Source of the DNA: an uncultured Acidimicrobiia bacterium
GTDB taxonomy: Bacteria; Actinomycetota; Acidimicrobiia; Acidimicrobiales; AC-14
Length of the DNA stretch: 64,000 nucleotides
Assembly: GCA_963836205.1 (NCBI GenBank)
Contig: CAWIIV010000008.1
Coordinates: 128,001 to 192,000 of the forward strand
Reading direction: 5' to 3'
The translations under genes and the position numbers were made by a program. Shown here in pieces: positions 1 through 11,071 of this stretch (its first letter is position 1; the number at the start of each line of letters is the position of its first letter). The notes below the pieces were generated by a model that was not told where the DNA came from, did no database searches, and saw only the letters and a program-made list of their open reading frames with translations.

Positions 1-92
1 TCGCCGTAGTCGTACGTCTCTACGACACGCCGGGCGGCTCAGAAATACGTCGAACTTCGAGCGGGGGATAGAAACCGCCCCTGCGACCGTCT

Positions 93-169
93 TGGTGGGC
101 CGTGAGGGACTCGAACCCCCGGCCTCCTGCGCGTCATGCAGGCGCTCTAGCCAACTGAGCTAACGGCCC
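93..169 (-). tRNA. tRNA-Val(GAC)
   Basis: Reverse complement folds as a cloverleaf (GGGCCGTTAGCTCAGTTGG...GGTTCGAGTCC...CGGCCCACCA); anticodon arm CCTGC-ATGACGC-GCAGG; encoded CCA. Confidence 0.95.
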
Positions 170-194
170 CCCAATGGATGCAACTGGGGCGACC

Positions 195-3100
195 TTATCG
201 CGACCGGCCGTCGTCCACGCCGGGAACGAAGGGCTCGCCGGGAACGAAGGGCTCGCCGGGAACGAAGCCCTGACGCAGGGTGTTCTCGCTCACCGCCCGG
301 GGCTCGAGGAACTGGAGCAGGTAGTCGGGGCCTCCTGCCTTCGACCCCACGCCCGACAACCCGTACCCCCCGAACGGGTGGCGGCCGACGATGGCGCCGG
401 TGATGGCGCGGTTCACGTACACGTTCCCGGCCCGCAGCTCGGCCTCGGCCAGGCGGATGTTGGCCGGCGAGCGCGACAGCACCCCGGCGGTCAGTGCGTA
501 GTCGGTGACGTTGGCCAGCCCGATGGCGTCCTCGAAGGTCGGCGCCCTCATGACCGACAGGACGGGCCCGAAGATCTCGTCGGTGGCCAGTCGGCTGCCG
601 GCCTTCACGTCGGCCACCACCGTCGGCCCCACGAACCAGCCCTGGTCGGGGACGTCGTCCCGGGCCGCGACCACCCGCCCCTCCATGGGCGCGAACTCGA
701 CGTACGACCGCACCCGCTTGAACGCCTCGGCGTCGATCAGGGGGCCGAGGTCGGTGCCCATCTCCCGGGGATGGCCGACCCGCAGCTGCCGGGCCCCGCC
801 TGCCACCCGCTCTACCATCTGGTCGTAGACGGCGTCGACCACGATCAGCCGGGACAGGGCCGAGCACTTCTGGCCGGCGTAGCCGAACGCCGAGCCGAGG
901 GCGATGGGGACGGCCTGGTCGAGGTCGGCGTCGGCGTCGACCACGAGGGCGTTCTTGCCCCCCATCTCCGCCACCACCCGCTTGACGTGGCGCTGGCCGA
1001 GGCCGGTGGACGGCCGCGGCCTGGATGATCTGGAGCCCGACCGCCTTGGAGCCGGTGAAGGCCACGAACGACACGTCGGGGTGTTCCACCAGGTAGGCGC
1101 CCACGTCCTCGCCCACGCCGGGGAGGAAGGCCAGCACCCCCGGCGGCAGGCCGCCCGCCACCAGCGCCTCCACCAGCTTCGACGCCACCGCCGGCGTCTG
1201 CTCGGCCGGCTTGAACAGCACCGCATTGCCGGTGACCAGGGCGGCCGCCACCATGCCCGTGGGGATGGCCAGGGGGAAGTTCCACGGGGCGATGACGACG
1301 CCGATGCCCCGTCCCTGGTAGTGGAGCCGGTTGTGCTCCCCCGGGGGCGACTGCACCGCCCCGCCCCGGTCCAACCGCAGCATCTCCCGCCCGTAGTACT
1401 CGAGGAAGTCGATGGCCTCGGCCACGTCGGCGTCGGCGTCCTTCCACGGCTTGCCCGCCTCGAACACCTCCAACGCGGTCAGGTCGGGACGCCGGGCCCG
1501 CATCCACTCCGCGGCCCGGAACAGCACCGCCGACCGCTCCCCCGCCGGAGTCCGCCGCCAGGCCGGCCACGCCCGGCGGGCCGCGTCCATCGCCGCCTCC
1601 GCCTCCACCGATGTGCACGACGCCGACTCGGCCACGATCGTGTTGGGGTCGGCGGGGTCGACCGAACGGATCACGGCCGCGGTGTGGACGGGGCGCCCGT
1701 CGATCACGGCCGGCAGCCGCAGCAGGAGCCCTTGGTCGGCGGTTCGCTGGACGGCCGCGGCGTACGTCGCCCGCACCGTCGCCCGCCGCCACTCGGCCAC
1801 CGGCTCGGGCTCGTAGGCCCCCGGTGCCCGGGGATCGGTCGGGGGCCGGCGGGCAGGCGCCTCGGGACCGGGAAGGGTGTCGACGTCGGGTGGGGCCAGG
1901 ACCTCGTCGAGCCCCCGCCCCTCCACGAACCGCCGGCGGACGAAGCTCTCGTTGGCCGTGTTCTCCAGCAGCCGCCGCACCAGGTAGGCCATCCCCGGCA
2001 CCAACTCCCCCACCGGGGCGTAGACCCGCAGCCGCATACCCATCCTGCGGACGGCGGAGTGCAGCGGCTCGGCCATCCCGTAGAGGAGCTGCACCTCGTA
2101 GCCGGCGTCGGGGATGCCCTTCGACCGCCCGTAGGCGATGGCGTAGCCGAGGGAGCGCAGGTTGTGGCTACCGAAGGCGGCCCGCACCTCGCCGTGGTGG
2201 TCGTGCAGGAGCCGGGTGCAGCGCTCGTAGTTGGCGTCGGTCTCCGCCTTGCGGGCGAACACGGGCACGGGCCAGCCCTCGGCCTGGGCCAGCACCGTCT
2301 CCGTGTCCCAGTAGGCGCCCTTGACCAGGCGGACGGTGATGGGCCGCTGCCGTCCGGACGAGAAGGCGATCAGGTCGGCCAGGTCGTCGCGGGAGTCCTT
2401 GAGATAGGCCTGGATGACGATGCCGGCATCGAGGTCGGCGAACTCAGGCTCTTCCAACAGCTCCCGGAAGAGCTGGAGGGTGAGGTCCTTGACGTCGTAG
2501 TGCTCGGCGTCGAAGTGGACGAACGCACCGCCCGTCATGGCCTGGCGGAGGATCGGACGCAGGCGGGCCTTGGCCTGGTCGAGGCCCTCGGCCCGGGTGA
2601 GGGGCGAGTAACGGGCGGAGAGGGCGGTGGGCTTGACGCTCACGTTCACCCTCGGCAGGGGGCCGAGGTCGTCGAACTCGAGGAGGTCGTCGGGTGCCCA
2701 GTGCGGTGCCTCGGCGAGGAGGGTGGCCAGCAGGCGGCTGACCCGGGCCGCGTACCGGTCGGCCTCCCCGTCGGTGACGGTCTTCTCCCCCAGGAGGTCG
2801 ACCGTGAAGGCGCGCCCCGATCGCCACAGCCGGTGGAGGCCGGCCACTGCGTCGGACGGGCCGGTGCCGACGATGAACTGCTCCGCCACCCGGGTGATGT
2901 TGCGACGGGCAATCGTGGCCGCCGCCGCCTTGCCGAACGGGACGTGGTCGGCCACGTCGAGGCCGAGGTCGAGCACCTTGGGGACGTCGGCCCCCTCGAA
3001 GTACTCATCGAGGTGACGCATCACGTCGGCGTCGCTCGTCGTCGCCGGGAAGACGTCGACGAACCGGAAGAGCTGGGTCTTGAACGACGGGTGCGACATG

Positions 3101-3222
3101 GCCCACTCGAGCATGCGCTCGGTCCACCGGGACGACTGGACCACGCCCGAGCGGTGGTTGCCGGCGAGCTCCGCCAACTGATGGGCGACGGCCGTCGCGG
3201 TCCTATCGAGCGACGTCGCCAT
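195..3222 (-). CDS. putA: Bifunctional proline dehydrogenase / P5C dehydrogenase, split by one frameshift near 1000
   Basis: PRODH motifs RLVKGAYWD and YLVRRLLEN; ALDH motifs PWNFP and FTGS in the first frame, then EMGGKN, GQKCSA, EIFGP in the 195..1226 frame. Confidence 0.92.
219..267. repeat. 18-bp tandem repeat (~2.7 copies) in the putA 3' end, encoding (PGEPFV)n
   Basis: GCCGGGAACGAAGGGCTC at 219 and 237, partial copy at 255. Confidence 0.9.
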
Positions 3223-3362
3223 GGCTACCGAATGTACGGCAGCCGCACCGCTACCGAAGCGGTCTTTGCCGCCCGCCCGGCAGCCTCGGGTGCGGCAATC
3301 CCGGCCGAACGCCCGACGACCGCCGAGGCAGCCGACAAGGCGCGGGTAAGCTGCCGACGAAG

Positions 3363-3434
3363 GGCGGCGTGGCCGAGTGGTTTAGGCAAGGGCCTGCAAA
3401 GCCCTGTACAGCGGTTCGATTCCGCTCGCCGCCT
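3363..3434 (+). tRNA. tRNA-Cys(GCA), island integration site
   Basis: GGCGGCGTGGCCGAGTGG...AGGGC-CTGCAAA-GCCCT...GGTTCGATTCCGCTCGCCGCCT; CCA not encoded. Confidence 0.95.
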
Positions 3435-3452
3435 CTAGTGAACTAGCAGGTC

Positions 3453-3480
3453 AAGGGCCATCCCAGCAGGGATGGCCCTT
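3453..3480 (+). terminator. Hairpin after tRNA-Cys
   Basis: Perfect 12-bp inverted repeat AAGGGCCATCCC-AGCA-GGGATGGCCCTT. Confidence 0.65.
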
Positions 3481-3544
3481 CTCATTTCCGGTCGCATCCC
3501 ATATTCGTCCCATATCTGTCCCAACCCTGCCGTAAACTTCGGGC

Positions 3545-4768
3545 GTGGCGAGAGCGGAGTACGGCGGAGGATCGATCCGGCAGCGGGGCGAGGGTCGATG
3601 GGAGCTGCGGGTGTTCGTCGGCCGGGACCCGGCGACCAGACGCCTCCGCTACGTCAGCCGGTCCGTGCGGGGTAGCAAGAAGCAGGCCGTAGCGGCCCTG
3701 GCTGCGCTGGTCACCGAGGTAGGCGCCGGAGTCGGCGGTCACAAAGGATCGGATGCGACGGTCGGCGAGTTGGTCGAGCAGTGGCTGGAGCTCCGGCGGG
3801 AGGCGTTGTCGCTAACGACCTACGAGGCCTACCTGGGGAAGGCCCGGTTCCGGCTGATCCCCGGGCTCGGGTCGATCGCGGTCCGGAAGCTGACCGTGCG
3901 GGACATCGACGTGTTCTACCGGTCGCTGCGCGAGGAGAAGCTGGCGGCCTCAACCATCCGCCAGATCCACAACATCCTGGCCGGGTCGCTTGACCAGGCG
4001 GTGCGGTGGGGTTGGCGCAGCGACAACCCGGCGCGGTGGGCGACGTTGCCGACGGCCCGCCAGGCCGAAGTGCGCCCGCCGGCGCCCGCCGAGGTCCTTG
4101 CCGCTATCGAGGGTGCCGACCCGGAGTTCGCCGTGTTCATCCGTGTCGCCGCCGCGGCGGGGAGCCGGCGCGGCGAAGTGGGGGCGTTGCGCTGGCCGGC
4201 CGTCGACCTGGAGGCCGGGGAGCTGGTGATCTCCAAAGCGCTCATCGAGAGCAACACCCGGGTCATCTACGAAAAGGACACCAAGACCCACCAGGCCCGC
4301 CGGATCGCCCTCGACGCCGGGACGGTCGCGGCCCTTCGGGCCTGGAGGGAGGAGTGTGATCGAAGGGCGGCCCTGTGCGGCGTCGCGGTTCTGCGCGATG
4401 GCTACGTTTTCAGCGCCCAGCCCGACGGGTCCGAGCCCTGGCGGCCCTACCACTGGACGAGCGCCTGGCGGCGGCTACGCGACCGCGCCGGCATCGACAA
4501 GTCCGTGCGTCTGCACGACCTCCGCCATTTCGCGGCCACCCGCCTCCTCGACGCCGGGGTCCCGGTGAAGACGGTCAGCGGTCGCCTCGGCCACGCCCGG
4601 CCAGCGACGACGCTGAACATCTACGCCCACTTCGTCCCCGCCACCGACCGTCTGGCCGCCGACGCCATGGGCCGGATCCTGTCCCCTGTCGAGGTGCTCG
4701 TGCGCCTCGCCGAGCGGCCGGAAACAGGCCAGGGCACGCTGGTACCGCCCGGTAGCGTGAACCGGTGA
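3545..4768 (+). CDS. Tyrosine recombinase / integrase
   Basis: N-terminal arm-binding-like GSIRQRGEGRWELRV; catalytic motifs SRRGE, HDLRH, LGH, IYAH. Confidence 0.95.
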   Translation: MARAEYGGGSIRQRGEGRWELRVFVGRDPATRRLRYVSRSVRGSKKQAVAALAALVTEVGAGVGGHKGSDATVGELVEQWLELRREALSLTTYEAYLGKARFRLIPGLGSIAVRKLTVRDIDVFYRSLREEKLAASTIRQIHNILAGSLDQAVRWGWRSDNPARWATLPTARQAEVRPPAPAEVLAAIEGADPEFAVFIRVAAAAGSRRGEVGALRWPAVDLEAGELVISKALIESNTRVIYEKDTKTHQARRIALDAGTVAALRAWREECDRRAALCGVAVLRDGYVFSAQPDGSEPWRPYHWTSAWRRLRDRAGIDKSVRLHDLRHFAATRLLDAGVPVKTVSGRLGHARPATTLNIYAHFVPATDRLAADAMGRILSPVEVLVRLAERPETGQGTLVPPGSVNR

Positions 4769-6078
4769 GCACGATGGAGCCATCGGTCGTGGAGGAAATG
4801 CGGCTCACTCGATTCAAGAGCTTCCGCGACGCGGTCCTGCCGCTCGACCCGTTGACCCTGATCGTGGGCCGCAACGGCAGCGGGAAGTCCAATGCCCTCG
4901 ACGGACTGTGGGCGCTCTCCCGGCTGGCGACCGGCGACGACCTGCGCGACGCCCTCGACGGGGGCCGCGACGGTCCCGCGGTGCGGGGCGGGGCCGCTGG
5001 CTGCGCCCCCTTTGGTGAATCGGCGTTCCAACTCGGTTGCACGGTGCGCACGGGCACAAAACGGGTGCGGCTCGACGTGGGCGTCCGGGTAGAGCCGACG
5101 GTCCAGGTCGTCTACGAGCGCCTGGCCGACGACGACCGATTCCTTCTCCTGACCGACGACCCGTCCGAGGACTCCGCCGACATCCGGGCGACGTGGGATA
5201 ACGGCACGAAGGGCCGCAATCCCAAGCTCTCATTCCGGGCCGGACGGCTCCTCACCACTCAGGCGCTCGCCAAGGTGCCAGCCACGGCGGCCGGCCAGCG
5301 CGTCCACATAGCGGCGGCGCAGGTGCTCACCGCCCTCCGTTCGGTGTTCGTCCTCGACCCGGTGCCCCACGAGATGCGCCAGTACGTACCCCGGCGCGAC
5401 CACCAGCTCCGGCGGACCGCCGACAACGTTTCGGCGGCAGTGGCATCCCTCCTGGAGGACCCGACCACCGCCGAACGTCTGAGCGACGCGTTGAGCCGGC
5501 TCAACGAGCAGGACGTGGTCGACGTCACCACCAGCCGATCCGACCTCGACGACGTGATGCTCACCCTGATGGAGCGCTTCGACGGCTCGAACTATCCGGT
5601 GCCGGCCCGGGTGATGAGCGACGGCACGCTGCGGTTCCTGGCCGTCCTGGTGGCGCTGCTTCAGTCGCCCACCATCGACACCGCGCCTGAGCCGCTGGCG
5701 TCGGAGGACGCCCTCGGGCAGACAACGCTGGTGATCGAGGAGCTGGAGAACGGCCTCCACGCGTCGCAGGCCCAGCTTCTCGTCGGGCTCGTGCGCGACG
5801 AGGTGCACCGGCGGCGGGTACGAGCGTTGGCGACCGCGCACAGCCCGGCCCTGCTCGACGCACTTACCGGCGACGAGCACGCCAGCGTGGTGGTCTGCGA
5901 GCGGGACGGGTCGGGGCGCAGCACGCTACGGCGGCTGGTCGACCTGCCCAACTACATCGACATCGTGGCCGCCGGCACCCTCGGCCGGGCCGCCGAGGCT
6001 GATCGCCTGCGCTCGGCGCCGGTGCCGACCCGGTCGCCGTCTGACGTGCTCGCCGAGATCCTCGCCGGCCCCTCGTGA
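4765..6078 (+). CDS. ABC-type (AAA_21-like) ATPase
   Basis: Walker A GRNGSGKS, signature MSDGTLRFL, Walker B LVIEELENGLH, H-loop TAHSP; no TM segments. Confidence 0.9.
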   Translation: MSTMEPSVVEEMRLTRFKSFRDAVLPLDPLTLIVGRNGSGKSNALDGLWALSRLATGDDLRDALDGGRDGPAVRGGAAGCAPFGESAFQLGCTVRTGTKRVRLDVGVRVEPTVQVVYERLADDDRFLLLTDDPSEDSADIRATWDNGTKGRNPKLSFRAGRLLTTQALAKVPATAAGQRVHIAAAQVLTALRSVFVLDPVPHEMRQYVPRRDHQLRRTADNVSAAVASLLEDPTTAERLSDALSRLNEQDVVDVTTSRSDLDDVMLTLMERFDGSNYPVPARVMSDGTLRFLAVLVALLQSPTIDTAPEPLASEDALGQTTLVIEELENGLHASQAQLLVGLVRDEVHRRRVRALATAHSPALLDALTGDEHASVVVCERDGSGRSTLRRLVDLPNYIDIVAAGTLGRAAEADRLRSAPVPTRSPSDVLAEILAGPS

Positions 6079-6557
6079 CCGCCACCGTCACCCTGATCGA
6101 CACCTCCGTGCTCTGCGAGATGCTTCAGGTACCCGGCAAGTCCAACCCGGAGCGCGGCGCCGAGGCGAGCGCTGAGCTCGATCTCCGATCGCGGGCCGGC
6201 GAGCGGTTCGTCATCCCCATCACCGCGGTGATCGAGACCGGCAACCACATCGCCCAGGCCGTCGGAGACAGGCACGACGCCGCCGGTCGCTTCGTCCGAT
6301 TCCTGCGACAGACGATGGCCCAGCCGGGAACGTGGCTGATCCTGCAGACGCGTCTCGGGACGGACTTCCTCAATGCGCTGTGCGATGGGGACTCCACCGG
6401 CCAGACCCTCGAGAACCTGGCCGCCCTCAAGGTCGGTGCCGGCGACATCGCCATCCTCGTGGAGCGCGACCAGTTGCTGTCCAACTCTGCCATCCGCGAC
6501 GTGCAGGTCTGGACGTACGACCACGGCCTCGCTGCTCAGGCTGCGAGCCGGCGATGA
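6075..6557 (+). CDS. PIN-domain protein (putative ribonuclease)
   Basis: N-terminal LIDTSVL, central IETGNHIA, GAGDIAIL, C-terminal VWTYDHGL; GTGA overlap with the ATPase. Confidence 0.75.
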   Translation: MTATVTLIDTSVLCEMLQVPGKSNPERGAEASAELDLRSRAGERFVIPITAVIETGNHIAQAVGDRHDAAGRFVRFLRQTMAQPGTWLILQTRLGTDFLNALCDGDSTGQTLENLAALKVGAGDIAILVERDQLLSNSAIRDVQVWTYDHGLAAQAASRR

Positions 6558-7228
6558 CCGTCCCGCCGCCCTACCCCCGCATCCCCCATCTAGTCGGCGG
6601 CCGGGGCACGAAGGACGACCTCGTCCTGACGCCCGAGCTGCTGGCGTCCCTCCTGCATCAGCCGGTGCTGGTGGAGGAGAAGATCGACGGGGCCAACGTG
6701 GTGCTGTGGATTGAGGACGACACGATCGAGGTCGCCCTGCGGGCCGGCCCGGGAGCTATGGACCGGGCCGGCCAGCTCGGTCCACTACGGGCCTGGGCCG
6801 CCTCGTCCGACGACATGCTCCGTCAGGTGCTGGTCGACGGCACCGCCCTGTACGCCGAGTGGGTGCTGCTCACCCACTCGTCGTCGTATGACCGGTTGCC
6901 GTCGTACCTCGTCGCCCTCGACCTTTGGCATCCCGTGTCGGGGTTCCTGACCGTCCGGGAACGTGACTCCGCCTGCGCCTTGGCCGGCCTGATCACGCCG
7001 CCGCCGGTCTGGACCGGCGTCCCCGGGTCCATCGCCTCCGTCGAGAAGCTGCTCGGACCGTCGGCCTGGGGACCGGCCGCCGCCGAGGGCCTCGTGATCC
7101 GTAGCCTGGCCGACCCCGGACTGCGGGCGAAACTCGTTCCCGCCGGGTTTCGCCGGCTTGACGACGAGGAGTGGCGTCGGGGCCGTCCCCGCAACCGCCT
7201 CCTCGCTGAGGGAGCCTCGTGGCGCTGA
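6554..7228 (+). CDS. ATP-dependent RNA ligase family nucleotidyltransferase
   Basis: YPRIPHL, motif I EEKIDGAN, YAEW, ALDLW, EGLVIR, RAKLV; ATG at 6554 overlaps the PIN stop. Confidence 0.8.
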   Translation: MTVPPPYPRIPHLVGGRGTKDDLVLTPELLASLLHQPVLVEEKIDGANVVLWIEDDTIEVALRAGPGAMDRAGQLGPLRAWAASSDDMLRQVLVDGTALYAEWVLLTHSSSYDRLPSYLVALDLWHPVSGFLTVRERDSACALAGLITPPPVWTGVPGSIASVEKLLGPSAWGPAAAEGLVIRSLADPGLRAKLVPAGFRRLDDEEWRRGRPRNRLLAEGASWR

Positions 7229-10200
7229 GCAACCGTGACCGGGTGGGCCGAGCCTTCGAATCACTCGCCGGCGGGCTGGCTCCGTACGTCGACCGGCGAA
7301 TGCACGCCATCGGTCTCCCGCAGTGGGCGGCCGACGCCGGGGGGTCGGGGCGCATCGCCCAACCGACCCGCGACCCGGCCTTCCTGCTCAAGGTCATGGT
7401 TGAGCACTGGGACCGCGCCTTCGCTGTCGAGCTTGGCAAGTCGGAGCGCAATGTGGTGTTCGAGCTGCGCGATTGGCGCAACCGCTGGGCCCACAACGAC
7501 GCGTTCACGGTCGGCGACGCCTACCGCACGCTCGACTCGATCGAGCGTCTGCTGGCAGCAGCCGATGCACGAGAGGCGGCCGAGGTGGGCGCGGCCAAGA
7601 GCGAGCTCATGCGCCTGAAGTTCGAGGCCGAGGCCCGAAAGGCCACCCCCTCCGCCGATGCCCTCCTCACCCAGCCGGCAGCGGGGCTCAAGCCCTGGCG
7701 CGATGTCATCCAGCCTCACGACGACGTGGCCCGGGGTCGCTTCGCCCTGGCCGAGTTCGCCGCCGACCTCCACCAGGTCTGGCGGGGCGAGGGGGCCGGC
7801 GGAGTACGCCGACCCCGTCGAGTTCTTCCGGCGCACGTTCCTCACCGGGGGGCTGCGCCAGCTCCTGACCCAGGCCGTCGAGCGCCTCAACGGTCAGGGC
7901 GGGTCGCCGGTGGTCGACCTCCAGACCAGCTTCGGTGGCGGCAAGACCCACTCCATGATCGCCCTCTACCACCTGTGCTCCGGGACGCCTCTCGACCGGA
8001 TGCCCCAGGAGGTGCAGGACCTGGTCTCGGCGGCCAGCCCGTCGGGGCTTCCCGAAGTGCGCCGGGCGGTGCTGGTGGGGCACCGGATCCCGCCGGGACA
8101 GCCTTCGGTGAAGGACGACGGGACGGTGGTGCAGACGCTGTGGGGCGAGCTGGCATGGCAGCTCGGGGGCGCCGCCTCCTTCGCCCTGGTGGCCGACGCC
8201 GACCGCACTCGCACCAACCCCGGCGACGCCCTCCGGCTGGTGCTCCGGCAGGCCGGGCCCTGCCTCATCCTCATCGACGAATGGGTCGCCTACGCCCGCG
8301 TGCTTTACGGCGACGACACCTTGCCGGCGGGCACCTTCGACACCCACTTCACATTCGCCCAGATGCTCACCGAGGCGGCCCGTGGCGCCGACCGTGCGCT
8401 ACTCGTCGTGTCGATCCCGGCCTCCTCGTCGGGGGATGCGCTAGTGGGCTCGGACCTCGAGGTCGGCGGCGCCGGCGGGCGGGAGGCGCTCCGCCGCCTG
8501 CGGTCGGTAATCGGGCGGGTGGAGTCATCGTGGCGGCCGGCGACGGCGGAGGAGAGCTTCGAGATCGTGCGGCGCCGGCTCTTCCAACCGGTCGACGCGG
8601 CCCATCTGGCCGACCGGGACGCAACGGCGCGGGTGCTCGTCGACCTGTACCGCACCCAGGCCAGCGAGTTCCCGGTGGAATGCCGCGACAAGGCCTACGT
8701 CGACAAGATCAAGGCTGCCTATCCCATCCACCCCGAGCTGTTTGCCCGCCTCTACGAGGACTGGTCGACGCTGGACCGGTTCCAGCGCACCCGGGGCGTG
8801 CTGCGCCTGATGGCCACCGTCATCCACGCCCTGTGGGCCGGACAGGACCAGTCACCGATCATCCTGCCCGCGAGCGTCCCCCTCTCGGACCCGGCGGTCG
8901 TCGCCGAACTGACCCGCAACCTGGAGGACAACTGGAAGCCGATCATCGACGCGGACGTGGACGGCCCCGCCTCGCTGCCCCGGGCGCTCGACGACCAGTA
9001 CAAGAACCTGGGCCGCTACGGCGCCGCCCGCCGGGTAGCGCGATGCGTCTTCCTGGGCTCGGCGCCGCGGGCCGGCTCACCCAATCAGGGCCTCGACGCG
9101 GCCCGGGTGCGGCTCGGTTCGGTGATGCCGGGCGAGACCGTCGCCATCTACGGCGACGCGCTCAGCCGGCTGGCGGACCGGGCGACGTACTTCTCCGTGG
9201 GCAGCGGCCGATACTGGTACGGCACCCAACCGGGCGTCACCCGCCTGGCCCGGGACCGGGCCGAGCGGCTGCTCGCAGGCGCCCGGCACGAGGTTCAGGA
9301 GTCGATTGAGGCCCGGCTGCGGGGCTTGGACTTCCGCCGAACCGAGTTCGCAGGTGTGCATGCCGCTCCGTCGGGGCCGGCCGACGTCGCCGACGAGCCG
9401 TCGGCCCGCTTGGTGATCCTCGGCCCCGCTACTCCGCACCGGGCGCGGTCCGTCGACACCGCCGCCCTGCAGCTGGCCCACCAGATCCTCGACCAGCGGG
9501 GCGCGGGCCCGCGCGACTTCCGCAACATGCTCGTCTTCCTCCTTACGGCCGACGAGCGGGCGGTAGCCGGCCTCGAGCAGGCCGAAGCCGAGAACCTGGC
9601 CTGGGCGACGGTCGTCGCCGAGTCCGACGCCCTGGGCCTCTCCCGCCAGCAGGAGGACCAGGCCAAGGACCGCTCCCGGGAGGCTCTAGGTCCACCGTCG
9701 AGCTCCGCCTGGTCGACGCCTACCAGTGGCTCCTGGTGCCCCGGCAGCCAGAGCCGACCCAGCCTCCAGTGTGGGACGAGGTGAAGGTTGACGGGACGGG
9801 TTCGCTCGCCGAGCGCGCCGGCCGCAAGCTGGTGCAGACGGGCGGGCTCTACGCGTCGTACCCGCCGGTGCCGCTGCGCCTCAACCTCGACGGGCCCCTG
9901 GCATCGCTTTGGTAGGACGGGGCGGTGTCGGTGAACCAGTTGTGGGACGCCTACGCCCGCTACCTCTACCTGCACCGCCTACGCGACGTCGGCGTGCTGC
10001 TCGAGTGCGTCGCCAACGGGCCGGCGTCGACGGTCTGGGCCAGTGAGGGGTTCGCAGTGGCCGAAGCCACCGATCCCAGCCAGCCTGGTCGGTATGCCGG
10101 GCTCGTGGCCGGCGCCATGGCTCCGCCGGCCCGAGGGACCACGCTCCTCGTGGAACCGACGACCGCGGGGCTGCAGCTGGAGAGCGAACGGGAGCCCGCC

Positions 10201-10632
10201 GGCGTCGGCGCCGGCTCTGGGTTGGATGTGGCCGAGCGACCGCCCGGGTCGAAGCCGATGCCACCGACGATGCGGCGTTTCTACGGTGTTGTGCCAGTTG
10301 ACCCTGACCGGTTGGGCCGAGACGCGGGCAGGATCGCCCAGGAGGTGGTCGCCCATCTCCAGGGCCTGGTGGGCACCGAGACCGAGGTGACGATCGAGAT
10401 CAGGGCGTCAAGCGCCGATGGCTTTCCGGACGCTGTCGTGAAGGTCGTGAGCGAGAACGCAGCCGCGCTGCGCTTCACTGACCACGGCTTCGAAATGCTG
10501 CCAACGTTCGCCCGTCCGCATTTCAGCGTTCTGATGTCCGGTCTCGACACCGCGCCAGAGCTCTTCGACGCACTGGGCGAGCTGCGGATCAACCCCTACG
10601 CTGGTGGTCAGGAGCCTGGAGGACGCGAATGA
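7219..10632 (+). pseudogene. Swt1-like HEPN domain fused to a DUF499 AAA+ ATPase; two frameshifts (~7799, ~9688) and an in-frame TAG at 9913
   Basis: HEPN Rx4H motif RNRWAH; LKPWRDVIQPHDDV and EFAADL; Walker A FGGGKTH; Walker B LILIDE; YPIHPE, FQRTRGVLRL; C-terminal RYLYLHRL, RRFYG, HGFE. Confidence 0.82.
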
Positions 10633-10883
10633 TCACGATCGACATCCCCGCCGACCTCAATGCCGAGGATGAGACGGGGTTCGTCTGGACCTTCCTCGAC
10701 GAGGCCGCGGAGCCGGACGCCATCAGACCGGGTGCGATCGTGGTTGCCGGCTCGGAGCTGACCCCCGCCGTCTGCGAGGTTGTCGATCTGGTGGAGAAGG
10801 CCGTAGGCATCGTCGTCCACCTCCGTGTGCTGCCTGGCTCCATCGGCCAGCACCGGCGCCTGCTCGGGCGTATCGGGGTCTGA
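10629..10883 (+). CDS. Small acidic hypothetical protein (possible antitoxin-like)
   Basis: 84-aa ORF with GGAGG RBS; ADLNAEDETGFVWTFLDEA resembles small conserved actinobacterial proteins (recalled, not searched). Confidence 0.65.
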   Translation: MITIDIPADLNAEDETGFVWTFLDEAAEPDAIRPGAIVVAGSELTPAVCEVVDLVEKAVGIVVHLRVLPGSIGQHRRLLGRIGV

Positions 10884-11071
10884 CCGGACGGGGCTCGTTG
10901 TCCCTCGGAGGTCCAGGATTCGCCCGCTCCGGCAGCAACGAACTCAGCTCGACCGCTCGACCCCCTGCCACGGACCAACCAGCCCACGTCCGCCGAACCC
11001 CGCTCCATGTCCTGATCGCTCGGCTTGTACCGATTTTCACAACTGGTCTCCGACATTTCGCTCCCAAACTG

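Noticed and set aside
9913-9915. In-frame TAG as pyrrolysine or recoding
   Set aside because: No pyl genes are in the window and TAG ends many ordinary genes here; a nonsense mutation or base error is more likely.
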